DNA from: Verrucomicrobiota bacterium
Lineage (GTDB): Bacteria > Verrucomicrobiota > Kiritimatiellia > JAHIZV01
Direction: 5' to 3'
NCBI GenBank assembly: GCA_018814445.1
Contig: JAHIZV010000113.1
Location: forward strand, 12,679-76,678
Length of the DNA stretch: 64,000 bases
The notes beneath the pieces are model-generated. The model made no database searches and had not been told where the DNA came from. It saw only the letters and a program-made list of their open reading frames with translations. The position numbers and the translations under genes were made by a program. Below are positions 18,846 through 27,898 of this stretch, piece after piece. Each line of letters opens with the position of its first letter. The first letter of the stretch is position 1.

Positions 18846-21404
18846 CTACTCCGCTCTCAGCAACGAGTTGGTAACGCCACCGACGACTTTCGTCAGAGGA
18901 TTCGCTGGATCAAGAAGCCACTCGCCGTCTACGACGAACTTATAACCGTATTCGCCTGACACGACGGTAAGATCGCGCCTCCAAACACCATCCGGGCTTC
19001 GCTGTAGAGGATGATCTCCGGTATTCCAGCCGTTGAACTCTCCTGCGACGGAGACGTTCTCGGCAAGACTGTATCCCCTCAACTCGAAATGCGCCTGGTA
19101 AGGCCTGACAGCATCGTCCCAGTTACTCTTGAGATCTTTTGTCATTATCAGGAGAGAATTCAGAACCCCATTCTCAACCTTGGTGTGCTTGTTGACTGGG
19201 TCCACATGCCATTCTCCGTCGACAACGAATTTATAGATGTGATTTGTGTAGAAATCGAACCGATGTCGACGATGCCACAGACCTTCTTCGTTCTTCTGAA
19301 GTGGATCGACGCCTACGCTCCAGTGGTTGAAATAGCCTACGAAAGAAACATTTGTCGCTGAATCACTGCTGTCATCGTACCAGATATCTATTTCAATCCA
19401 GTCCTCGTCCTCAGGAGAACGCTCTGCTCCGTTGCTGACAGCAAGCCGCTCTACGTCACGCCATTCTTCGCCCATCCCCAGTTGAATTGTAAGCAACGCG
19501 CTGACGCCGTCTTTCGACCTGGCATTCACATTGGCCCCGTTCTCAATCAGCACTCGAGCACATTCTGGCGCACCCCAGGTTCGGGCGTGCATGAGCGGCG
19601 TGAATCCCATGGAATCCGAAAGCTCTGGATCGGCTTCGGCATCAAGCAGCACCTCAACACACTCAGGACATCGCCCCCGAACGGCAGAAATCATAGCAGT
19701 CCAGCGAGATTCCGCTCCAGTCATATTGGGATCAGCACCATGCTCGAGAAGAAGTTTTATGATTTCCACACGGGTACCATCCCTTCCGCGGTCAGCTGCA
19801 GTCATCAATGACGTCCAACCGTTCGTCCCCCCATAGTTGGGATCAGCGCCTGCTCCCAAAACGGTCTCCACCATGTCGGTGCGGTCGCTGAAGATGGCAG
19901 AGAACAGAGCTACGTTCAAAGCCCTGCTCGGGCCGCTGTCAGCCCTGGCCTCCAGCAGTCTCTTCAAGGCAGGCAGAGAGTTCCCCCATATGGCGTACGA
20001 AAACGCTCCGTGTCCATTTTCGTTGAGGTGATCAGCGTCAGCACCATACTTGATGAGTTGGTCTATGCAACTGACGAGGCCACGGCGCGCTGCCAGCATG
20101 AGTGGTGAAGTACCGCTCGGAAGCGTGGAATTCACATCGGCACCGCCTGATGCCAGCACCTCGATGACATTACAACGGCGCTTTGAGATCGCCGTGAGAA
20201 GAGCGCTCCACCCCGTTTGGTCGGTGGCATTCGGGTCGGCGCCCGCCTCAAGAATGACGCCAATAGCGTCTTCATGTCCATGGTCCGCCGCGCTTGTGAG
20301 TGGCATGTCACCGTCATCATCAATGGCAGACACGGAGAAGCCCCGTCCTATTAGCCATCGGATAGCATCAACTTGTCCTTGCATGGCCGCAAGGTGAAGC
20401 GCAGTTCTTTCGTCTGAGGTGCGCGCATGCATGTCTGCCCCGTACTCAGCGAAAAGGTTAAGCATGCGAAGATCTCCGGTTTCGGCGGCTGCGAGAAAGG
20501 GAGTCCAGCCTCTCTTGTCCGTTTTGTTGAGGAGCGCACCTTCTTCAAGCAATCTGGCGGCAATGACTGGAGCGGGATACCATGCTGTATAGTCAAGAGC
20601 TGTCCGCCCTTTCTCGTTGGCTATCCTGAAATCGGCGCCTCTATCCAGAAGAAGGGCCGCCACATCCGAGTGGCCTTCGATGATAGCTCGCATGAGAGGC
20701 GTGTATCCACTGGCATCATCCTCGTCGATTCCGCTGCCCTCAGTCCTGTCCAGAATTGCCGCAACCACACCTGTACTGCCTCCTTCTGCAGCGAAGTGTA
20801 GTACATAAGTACCAAATTGAGTGTCCGTCACGGGATTCGCCCCATGCTTCAAGAGCACCTCCACCACTTCGGGCTGCCCTTCTTCTGCAGCTATCATCAG
20901 AGGCGTCCTTTGGTCATGGCCATGTGCGTCTACATCCGCACCATATGAAAGCAGCAACCGAACGAAGTCGGGACGCCCGGCAGCAGCAATATGAAGCGGG
21001 GTGAATCCAAGTTGCGTGTCAGCATTTTCGATATCCGCTCCCAGCCCAATAAGCAACTCCCCGATGTCCGTTCTCCCGTACAGCGCTGCCATATGGAGGG
21101 CCGTGAAGCCTCTAACCCCTCGGTTGAGCGGCGCCCCGTGTGCCACCAACCGCTCGACTTCCTGCTCCATGCCGGCCGCAACGGCTCGCAGCAGACTCTC
21201 AAGAAGGGCTTCCCGATTGATAACGCCGGACGCGTCATTGAATTTCTTGATAACCTCGGACAACTCGGGGTCGGGTGGAGGGAGGTCAGATGGTGTATTG
21301 CCAACATCCGCACCGAGGCTCAGACAAAGAAAGGCGAGCGTTACCAGAGCGAGTCCAAAGATGTGCAGGGAAATGCTGTAGGGAAGTCGCATTCCCCTCT
21401 CCAT
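18846..21404 (-). CDS. Secreted ankyrin-repeat protein with two C-terminal CBM48/AMPK-beta-like glycogen-binding domains
   Basis: Signal peptide; about 15-16 ankyrin repeats (G.TPLH.AA..G..D.V..LL..GAD.N); two V...G.FN.W......GLW......YKFVVDGEW..DP.N modules. Confidence 0.88.
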   Translation of the reverse strand: MERGMRLPYSISLHIFGLALVTLAFLCLSLGADVGNTPSDLPPPDPELSEVIKKFNDASGVINREALLESLLRAVAAGMEQEVERLVAHGAPLNRGVRGFTALHMAALYGRTDIGELLIGLGADIENADTQLGFTPLHIAAAGRPDFVRLLLSYGADVDAHGHDQRTPLMIAAEEGQPEVVEVLLKHGANPVTDTQFGTYVLHFAAEGGSTGVVAAILDRTEGSGIDEDDASGYTPLMRAIIEGHSDVAALLLDRGADFRIANEKGRTALDYTAWYPAPVIAARLLEEGALLNKTDKRGWTPFLAAAETGDLRMLNLFAEYGADMHARTSDERTALHLAAMQGQVDAIRWLIGRGFSVSAIDDDGDMPLTSAADHGHEDAIGVILEAGADPNATDQTGWSALLTAISKRRCNVIEVLASGGADVNSTLPSGTSPLMLAARRGLVSCIDQLIKYGADADHLNENGHGAFSYAIWGNSLPALKRLLEARADSGPSRALNVALFSAIFSDRTDMVETVLGAGADPNYGGTNGWTSLMTAADRGRDGTRVEIIKLLLEHGADPNMTGAESRWTAMISAVRGRCPECVEVLLDAEADPELSDSMGFTPLMHARTWGAPECARVLIENGANVNARSKDGVSALLTIQLGMGEEWRDVERLAVSNGAERSPEDEDWIEIDIWYDDSSDSATNVSFVGYFNHWSVGVDPLQKNEEGLWHRRHRFDFYTNHIYKFVVDGEWHVDPVNKHTKVENGVLNSLLIMTKDLKSNWDDAVRPYQAHFELRGYSLAENVSVAGEFNGWNTGDHPLQRSPDGVWRRDLTVVSGEYGYKFVVDGEWLLDPANPLTKVVGGVTNSLLRAE

Positions 21405-22789
21405 CAGGACAACTCCGGATACTTCACACCCAACAGCTTCGAGATGGTTTTATTGAAAGCCTTCTGCTCTTCCTTTGCCATCTTCTCCGCCGCGCTGATT
21501 CGCTTGCCGAGAGCGTCGAAGTCGAGGCCGGCTGTTGCGCCGAGGTGCGTCTTCTTTGCGATCGCCTCGTAGGGATCCATGTTCTCGAGATCTTTCAGTG
21601 ATCCTTTGACCTTGTGATACGCATTCCTGAAGGACAGTCCGCCCGCAACGAACTCGATGGCCTTGTCGGTCGCGAAAACGGCGGGACTGAAGCCGGCGAG
21701 CAGAGCTTCTTTATTCACCTTCATGCTCGCGATGAGCGGCTTCATAATTCTCACGCAAGCAAGCGCCGTGGCCATGCCTTCGAGAAACGGCTCTTTGGCT
21801 TCCTGCAGATCCCGGTTGTAACCGGTGGGCGTCGCCTTGACGATCTCGCTTGTCGCGAACGCCTGCGCCATCACCCGGGAAGCCTTGGCCCGGATGAGTT
21901 CCAGCACATCCGGATTGTTCTTCTGCGGCATGATACTGCTTCCGGTTCCGAACTCCGCCGGAAGTGAGAAGTAGTTGAACTCCGGCATCGTGAAGAGCAT
22001 CAGATCCTGCGCGATCCGCGACAGGGACAGCATCAATTGCGACATAGCCGAAAGGATGATGGATTCCATCTTGCCCCGGGCCATGCCTGCGTAGATCACG
22101 TTATGACAGGGCCGGCTGAAACCGAGCGCATCTGAAACATACTGCCTGTCAATCGGCAGAGGAACCCCATAGCCCGCCGCGGAACCCAGCGGACATTGGT
22201 CGTTGATCTCGTAGGCGTTTACGAGCAAAGCGATATCATCAAGCAGTGCTTCAGCGCAGGCCGAAGCCCAGAGCCCGACAGAGCTCGGCATGGCCGGCTG
22301 CATGTGCGTCCGTCCCACCATCGGCTGAGCCACGTGCTTCACCGCAAATGACTGAAATACTCTAGCCAGCAAGGCCGTATCCTCGATCGCGGCGAGAAGC
22401 TGCTGCTTCCCGTAGAGCCGCAGATCTACGGCGACTTGATCGTTCCGGCTCCTGGCGGTGTGAACCCGTTTCCCGAGATCACCGAGGGCGGCGGTAAGCG
22501 TCCGCTCCACGGCAAGATGCACATCCTGATCTTCGATCCTGATCTTGAACTTGCCCAGCCGGTGGGTTTCGATGATATCCAGCAGCTTTGCGACCACTTC
22601 ATCGGCGTTCTTCCCGGTCAGAATCTTCTTCTTCAAAGGCATCCGGGAGAGCATCCGGACGTGTGCGGCAGTTCCTATGCAGTCCACCTCCACGAGCGCA
22701 GAGTCCAGTTCCACATCCTTCCCCGCCGTAAACGCGAGAACCGAGGCGTCAATATCACCCACCGTCGTCTTTTTGCTGGAAGCTTTCAT
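21404..22789 (-). CDS. argH: Argininosuccinate lyase
   Basis: HTARSRNDQVA, GRTHMQ.A.P, PLGSAAGYG, signature GSSIMPQKNNPD..EL, GYNRDLQE. Confidence 0.95.
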   Translation of the reverse strand: MKASSKKTTVGDIDASVLAFTAGKDVELDSALVEVDCIGTAAHVRMLSRMPLKKKILTGKNADEVVAKLLDIIETHRLGKFKIRIEDQDVHLAVERTLTAALGDLGKRVHTARSRNDQVAVDLRLYGKQQLLAAIEDTALLARVFQSFAVKHVAQPMVGRTHMQPAMPSSVGLWASACAEALLDDIALLVNAYEINDQCPLGSAAGYGVPLPIDRQYVSDALGFSRPCHNVIYAGMARGKMESIILSAMSQLMLSLSRIAQDLMLFTMPEFNYFSLPAEFGTGSSIMPQKNNPDVLELIRAKASRVMAQAFATSEIVKATPTGYNRDLQEAKEPFLEGMATALACVRIMKPLIASMKVNKEALLAGFSPAVFATDKAIEFVAGGLSFRNAYHKVKGSLKDLENMDPYEAIAKKTHLGATAGLDFDALGKRISAAEKMAKEEQKAFNKTISKLLGVKYPELS

Positions 22790-22810
22790 TTCAAGTCCTT
22801 TTGGCCAACG

Positions 22811-22838
22811 AGCGTATTCTCTTATGGGGAGGTGTCAA
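22811..22838 (-). promoter_or_regulatory. Putative sigma70 promoter for argH (TTGACA-16-TACGCT)
   Basis: Minus strand reads TTGACA cctccccataagagaa TACGCT, ending ~21 nt before the ATG. Confidence 0.45.
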
Positions 22839-22843
22839 GCAAT

Positions 22844-22871
22844 CGGATGCCGGATACCAGATGCCAGATGC
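22844..22871. repeat. Degenerate heptamer tandem repeat (CGGATGC CGGATAC CAGATGC CAGATGC)
   Basis: Four 7-nt units read directly in the intergenic region. Confidence 0.6.
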
Positions 22872-22984
22872 AGGGCCCCTGTCATCGCGAACTCGCCATT
22901 TGGACTTGCTCATGACCGCAGAAAGTGAAGCGATCCCGTGTTTGGAGTGAGTGGATTGCTTCGCCGTCCGCCTTCAAGATCAGG

Positions 22985-24292
22985 TCAAGGAAGATCAGTT
23001 GGCTTCTCCCCTCTGGATTCAGTCAAGCCGTCTCGATCGAACGTCTCCTCAATGTACTGGTCCAGATAGTCCTGTCTTTGCCGCACCTGGACATTCAGTT
23101 GATCGAGCAGAAGGTCTGCCTTCCGGAGCAGTTCCGACAGTTCCCGATCTGAAGGCGGATGGGCAAAGAGCCTGGCCATCCGATTTCGCGGGGGGCTCCA
23201 CAACAGCGCTTCAAAAAAGGACTGGTAAGCCTCCGCAACCTGCCTGACTTCTGCGGCCTGACCAATCACTGCACTCGCAAGCCTGGCGGAAAGAAATGTA
23301 GTCAGCGTTCTGCTCCATGGCTCGTTTCGCGCGCCGATCAGATCCCGGGGAACCATGGTCTGCGGAAGGGCCAATTGAGGTGACAGACCTACTGTCTGCG
23401 GGTCAATCGTCAGAACGTCCTGCAACTCGTTCAAGCCGAATGCCGGGTCAAGACTCCAGAGATTCCTCTTCTGTCTCAATGACACCACCCACAAGTCCCA
23501 CGCCTGCTCCAGTTCCCGGCCGTCGCTGATATCATCCATTCGTTCCGCCAGCATGTCTGCCGACACCGTCTCACCTTTTGCCAGAGCGTCTAACAGCCCG
23601 GACCGGACATCCGGCCAATCGGGTCGCGAAGAGAGCCAGTCAAAAAGCACGCCGCAAAAAGCCTTGTTCTTCCATCGTCCTGACGGAAGGAACTCAAGAA
23701 ACAGAAGGTCACGCACGCCCGGACAGCGGCCTTCTTCCCACTCCCGCAAAGCCACATACTGATTCCTCGCCCGAAGATCCGAAGTCGCATTCTGGGCCAG
23801 ACCGATGGAATACCAGTCGGGAGCGTTAATGTAGTCCTCTGAACCGGTGAGAAATGCGGCCTTCCGTGAAAGCAGTCTGCTGACCAGCAGATCGGTGACC
23901 TCTTCCAGAAGACTTTCCCGGTCGGCCTGCGCGAAGCTCGGAAGAATGATGCTTTGTTCGATTCGGCCGACCAGGAATCTGCCCGATGTCAGAATTCTTC
24001 CAGCCAGAGAAGGATCTTCAGGCCTGATGTCGAGATGCAGCGGATTTCCACGTTCTATGTGAAGTTCCCCGCCTGTGAGAAAGTCTACCTTCTCCGCCGT
24101 CTCCTCGATCCATAGCGCAGCATTGAGATTCTCGACCTTGTTTCCGCCGGTGACGAGGAAGCGCTGGGAGGAACTCAATACGCTGGTCGAACCAATCCGG
24201 CCCGGCTGCATAATCTGCGCCGACGCAGCCAGCGACAGAGCAAGAAACACAGGAATATTCAGAACACGCATGCCCATTGTTCTCAGCAACAT
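22985..24292 (-). CDS. Secreted hypothetical protein, possibly an inactive peptidase-MA/gluzincin-like fold
   Basis: Signal peptide (LALSLAASA); LLEEVTDLL...APDWYSIGLAQ resembles the HExxH...PxWxxEGLA layout without the metal ligands. Confidence 0.65.
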   Translation of the reverse strand: MLLRTMGMRVLNIPVFLALSLAASAQIMQPGRIGSTSVLSSSQRFLVTGGNKVENLNAALWIEETAEKVDFLTGGELHIERGNPLHLDIRPEDPSLAGRILTSGRFLVGRIEQSIILPSFAQADRESLLEEVTDLLVSRLLSRKAAFLTGSEDYINAPDWYSIGLAQNATSDLRARNQYVALREWEEGRCPGVRDLLFLEFLPSGRWKNKAFCGVLFDWLSSRPDWPDVRSGLLDALAKGETVSADMLAERMDDISDGRELEQAWDLWVVSLRQKRNLWSLDPAFGLNELQDVLTIDPQTVGLSPQLALPQTMVPRDLIGARNEPWSRTLTTFLSARLASAVIGQAAEVRQVAEAYQSFFEALLWSPPRNRMARLFAHPPSDRELSELLRKADLLLDQLNVQVRQRQDYLDQYIEETFDRDGLTESRGEKPTDLP

Positions 24293-24379
24293 TCAACTCT
24301 CATTGGGACCCGCCGGAACCACCCGCGGACGGTCCGGCGGCCCGTCCCGGCCTATGGATTCAAAATTGAATGTTGAGCG

Positions 24380-24826
24380 CTATTTTCCCCGACTTTCCAT
24401 GATAATTGTCACGGGCCCATCGTTCTCGATGTCAACGACCATGCTCGCACGGAAGATTCCGGTCTTAACGATATGTCCCATTTCGCGAAGCCGCTCTACA
24501 AACTGGCCGAAGAGAGCCTTGGCTTCTTCCGGCGGGGCGGATTCAATGTAGCTTGGGCGGTTGCCTTTCCGGCAATCTCCATAGAGGGTGAACTGGCTGA
24601 CGACGAGGAACGATCCCTCGACCGCATCGATCGACGCGTTCAGCTTCCCTTCTTCATCGTCGTACACACGAAGCTGGGAGACTTTCCGCGCAAGATAATC
24701 GATGTCCGCCTGCGTGTCGCCTTTGGCCACTCCGAGGAGAACGACTGCCCCGGGACCGATTTCGGCAACGGACTCGTCATTGACGAGTACACCGGCCCGA
24801 CGGACCCGCTGCAGAACCAGCTTCAT
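24380..24826 (-). CDS. dtd: D-aminoacyl-tRNA deacylase
   Basis: MKLVLQRV, SQFTLYGDCRKGNRPS, G.F.A.M.V...NDGPVT. Confidence 0.96.
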   Translation of the reverse strand: MKLVLQRVRRAGVLVNDESVAEIGPGAVVLLGVAKGDTQADIDYLARKVSQLRVYDDEEGKLNASIDAVEGSFLVVSQFTLYGDCRKGNRPSYIESAPPEEAKALFGQFVERLREMGHIVKTGIFRASMVVDIENDGPVTIIMESRGK

Positions 24827-24829
24827 GAT

Positions 24830-26548
24830 CTATTCCACGGCGTGGGAAATGCGCAGCGTATCGAGCCGGTTCAGGGCCGCCGCGATTTCGTAACGGCGGG
24901 GGCGGGCGAGGTCACCGCGGAGATCGCGCGACAGACATTCAAGACCCTCCGTACTCAGATCGCGGTCCACGAGATCCAGGATCTCACGGATCGGACGCCC
25001 CTCATCCATGTAGCGAAGTTTGGCGTAGTAGAGAATGACACCGATCGTCTCCGTCTGATGAATGTCAGCCAACTGGAAGATGCCCTGCAGATCGACGAGT
25101 GATTTGCCGAATTCCAGAACGTCCGTTGCCAGGGCATTGATGAAGTAGTCATTGGTGCCGACACTTGGATCGAGACTGCTGGGCACGACCCAGCGGTTCT
25201 TCTCGACGAGCGAGGAGATGTCCTCAATCTGCCCGGTATTTTCAGACGTCGATACACCCAACTCTTTCGCCTGTGGGGTGACGTCACGCACCTGGAGCCC
25301 GTCAAGGCAAAGCACAGTGTCCGCTATAGGCACAAATTCCGCCACACAGCTTGCCCCTCCGACGATGATCGAGACGCCCAGCTCATCCACCAGTTGGCGC
25401 GCCCTCGAAGCAAGGCTCGGCGTTTCACTTCTGCCCTCGAACAGGATTTTCGCCAACCTGGAGTCCCCGGCGAGAAATGCCGACGAAGAATCGGCCTCGT
25501 CGAAAATCAGGACCCGGGCGCCGACCTCGAGCGCTTCGACCGTTCCCGCAGCCTGTGATACACAGGCATTGGCTTCCTCAGTCGTAAGCTGGGTCATATC
25601 GACTTCTCCCAATTCGGAACCGGTGAAGGCGGTTACGTCCACGCGCTGAATGGATCGTCCGGGCTCGGAGGCCACGTAGACCGCATCCGGAACGGTCACA
25701 ACGAATTCGCGCCCGTCGCCGGGCACGTGATTGTAGATTCCCGAGGCCACAGCCCGGAGAAGTTCAGTCCGTCCGGAAAGGTTGTCGCCAAGGACGACGG
25801 TAATGCCGCTCGGTATGCCAAGTCCTTTGATCGCTCCCGTATTGGGCACGTCCAGTTCGACGAGAAGATCTTCGGGAACGGAGAGTACGGCCGTCGATTC
25901 GTAGTCCGGGAGATCCGTGGCTCGTTCGCGGACGACCATTGATCCGTCGGCGGCAAACGCAACGAACCCGCGCGTAGGCAGCATCTGGCGAATCTGATCC
26001 GCATCCTCCATCAGGTCGACAAAATGATCGACTTCCTTCTCGTCAAGATTGCAGTAAATCAGGGCGGCTGTAACGACGGCCGGAAGATGATCGAAGAACA
26101 CATCCTGCGCGCTTTCCCCCGTAATGAACCCGTCTCTTGCGGGGAGGTCCACATAGATACGCGCCTCGACAAACTCCTCCGTTACAAGCAGCGATGTCCG
26201 GGGAAGAATCTTCTGCCCCGGCACCGCGACAGCAAGACGACGACGCGATACGCCCTCACGGTCGTACTGCGCTACTCGCTCGATGGCTTCTCCGAGCTTG
26301 CGGGTCAGCAGGTCCTCAAGGGCAGTGCGTCTGACCGGCGTGTTGAAAAGATGCGCGGGAAAACCGGCTATGATCTGGGGTACGCGGACGACAAAGAGAC
26401 AAGGATCGCTCTCGGCATTCTCGGGGGATTGCGTGATCTTGAGAACGTAGCGGGAGAAGTCGAAATCACCAATCAGTGACGAGTATTCGGAGAAATCCTT
26501 CCCGTCAATGCTGTTTAGAATGCTGAAAAATTCTTTTTTATCTCTCAT
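24830..26548 (-). CDS. ABC-class ATPase-like protein (ABC_ATPase / MRB1590-like family) with degenerate nucleotide-binding motifs
   Basis: IDGK..Y, GIYNHVPGDGRE.VVT, SQAA..VEALE.GA..L.FDE, G.LA.PRRYEIAAALNRL family motifs; Walker A reads GDNLSGRT. Confidence 0.8.
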   Translation of the reverse strand: MRDKKEFFSILNSIDGKDFSEYSSLIGDFDFSRYVLKITQSPENAESDPCLFVVRVPQIIAGFPAHLFNTPVRRTALEDLLTRKLGEAIERVAQYDREGVSRRRLAVAVPGQKILPRTSLLVTEEFVEARIYVDLPARDGFITGESAQDVFFDHLPAVVTAALIYCNLDEKEVDHFVDLMEDADQIRQMLPTRGFVAFAADGSMVVRERATDLPDYESTAVLSVPEDLLVELDVPNTGAIKGLGIPSGITVVLGDNLSGRTELLRAVASGIYNHVPGDGREFVVTVPDAVYVASEPGRSIQRVDVTAFTGSELGEVDMTQLTTEEANACVSQAAGTVEALEVGARVLIFDEADSSSAFLAGDSRLAKILFEGRSETPSLASRARQLVDELGVSIIVGGASCVAEFVPIADTVLCLDGLQVRDVTPQAKELGVSTSENTGQIEDISSLVEKNRWVVPSSLDPSVGTNDYFINALATDVLEFGKSLVDLQGIFQLADIHQTETIGVILYYAKLRYMDEGRPIREILDLVDRDLSTEGLECLSRDLRGDLARPRRYEIAAALNRLDTLRISHAVE

Positions 26549-26599
26549 TGGATTCTGGTCCTTATTCGTTAAACCGGATTTACAATACTGTCATTTTGC

Positions 26600-27316
26600 C
26601 TATCTGCTCTCGATAATCAATGTGATTCGCCCATCGTTCAGTTCGAAACGGTCTGCCGCATCGAGTACCGGCTTCTCCACTTCATCCCTGGCACGGAAGA
26701 TCGTGGCGATGCGGGCAATGATTCTGCCGCGGAGGAATGCGGGCAGAGGAAGGTGACCCATGCGAACGCCGACCGCGTCTATCGCAAAGGATCCAACGCC
26801 CCCCACCGGAATGCCCGAGATCTCGTAGGATAGAGTCACCATCTTCCGCTTCGCGCTCACAAGCACAACGACTGCTTCCGGCTTGATCTGAATATTGATC
26901 TCCTGGAGGTCGAGGCTGAGCGCCGGTGCCTGCTGGCCGGCCGGCCGTTCATCGATCCTGGTGATGATCTCCGCGAGATAGCTGTTGATTTCGACTTCAC
27001 TGGCAGTTTCTGTAACCGCGCGGCCGCTCTTTATTTCAGAAGCGACGTAACGCAGCTTTTCATACAGAGCGCGGGCGTCCTCGCGCGTCCCCAGGCGGCC
27101 CGCCGGTTCCACGGGCCAGAGGAGCAGACCGAGCATCGCGATAAGACCGAGAAAGACGAGCAGACGTACGAATCGGAATAGGCGACGTCCTGAACCGCTC
27201 CCCGCCCCCGCAGGCTCAACGTGGGAAAGATCCAGTTTCGCGCCACACTTAGTACAGAAGATGCGGGCGAGGTCATTCTTCTGCCCGCAGATCTTACAGA
27301 CCGGCCCCAGACTCAT
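26600..27316 (-). CDS. Zinc-ribbon + single TM + periplasmic domain hypothetical protein
   Basis: CxxC-x10-CxxC (CKICGQKN...FCTKCG), TM at ~aa48-70, C-terminal beta-rich region ending MGHLPLP. Confidence 0.7.
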   Translation of the reverse strand: MSLGPVCKICGQKNDLARIFCTKCGAKLDLSHVEPAGAGSGSGRRLFRFVRLLVFLGLIAMLGLLLWPVEPAGRLGTREDARALYEKLRYVASEIKSGRAVTETASEVEINSYLAEIITRIDERPAGQQAPALSLDLQEINIQIKPEAVVVLVSAKRKMVTLSYEISGIPVGGVGSFAIDAVGVRMGHLPLPAFLRGRIIARIATIFRARDEVEKPVLDAADRFELNDGRITLIIESR

Positions 27317-27603
27317 TTCGTCTCCTTGGCTTTTGACGAATCGGCAGGGCTGTCCTTTTTCTTCTCGGGAGCTGCCGTGGTCGACGAGCTCTTGTCAGCA
27401 GTCGCCGCCTTCTTATAGCTGTCGCTCCGGTAATCCGTGGTATAGAAGCCAGAGCCTTTGAAAAGCAGACCCGCGCCCGTTCCGATCAGTCTCTTAACCG
27501 GACCGCCGCATTCCCGACACTCCTTCAGAGGTTCGTCGGACATGGCCTGGAACTCCTCGAAGACTACACCGCACTTCTTACATTTGTACTCGTAAGTCGG
27601 CAT
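27313..27603 (-). CDS. FmdB-family zinc-ribbon protein
   Basis: MPTYEYKCKKCG..FE..Q.M...PL..C..CGG, FKGSGFY.TDY; true start 27603 (ORF-track extension to 27819 rejected). Confidence 0.9.
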   Translation of the reverse strand: MPTYEYKCKKCGVVFEEFQAMSDEPLKECRECGGPVKRLIGTGAGLLFKGSGFYTTDYRSDSYKKAATADKSSSTTAAPEKKKDSPADSSKAKETK

Positions 27604-27898
27604 CCCTTGCTCTCCCGAAAAAGGAGGGGGAATATAGGGGCAGCATCGCCAAATGTCAATTGGCTCCAACGATTCTGCGCTACGCCGAATACCTGCTAGT
27701 GTTTCATAGTTACAAGATTCACTCCTCGGGTGCCTGAACTGGAACGGGAATCCTCCCCGACGGTAATGCTGGTTTTTCCTCGCAAATCGCGGGTGGTTTT
27801 GCATTATGCGTTCCCACATGCAATGTTGTGTGGGCCACGCGGATGAGTTGCTTCATTATCCTGTCGTGACGAGATCCTAGCGCTTGAGAGGACTTTAG

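Noticed and set aside
27604-27819. N-terminal extension of the FmdB ORF
   Set aside because: The family starts at MPTYEY (27603); the extension is non-conserved-looking intergenic sequence
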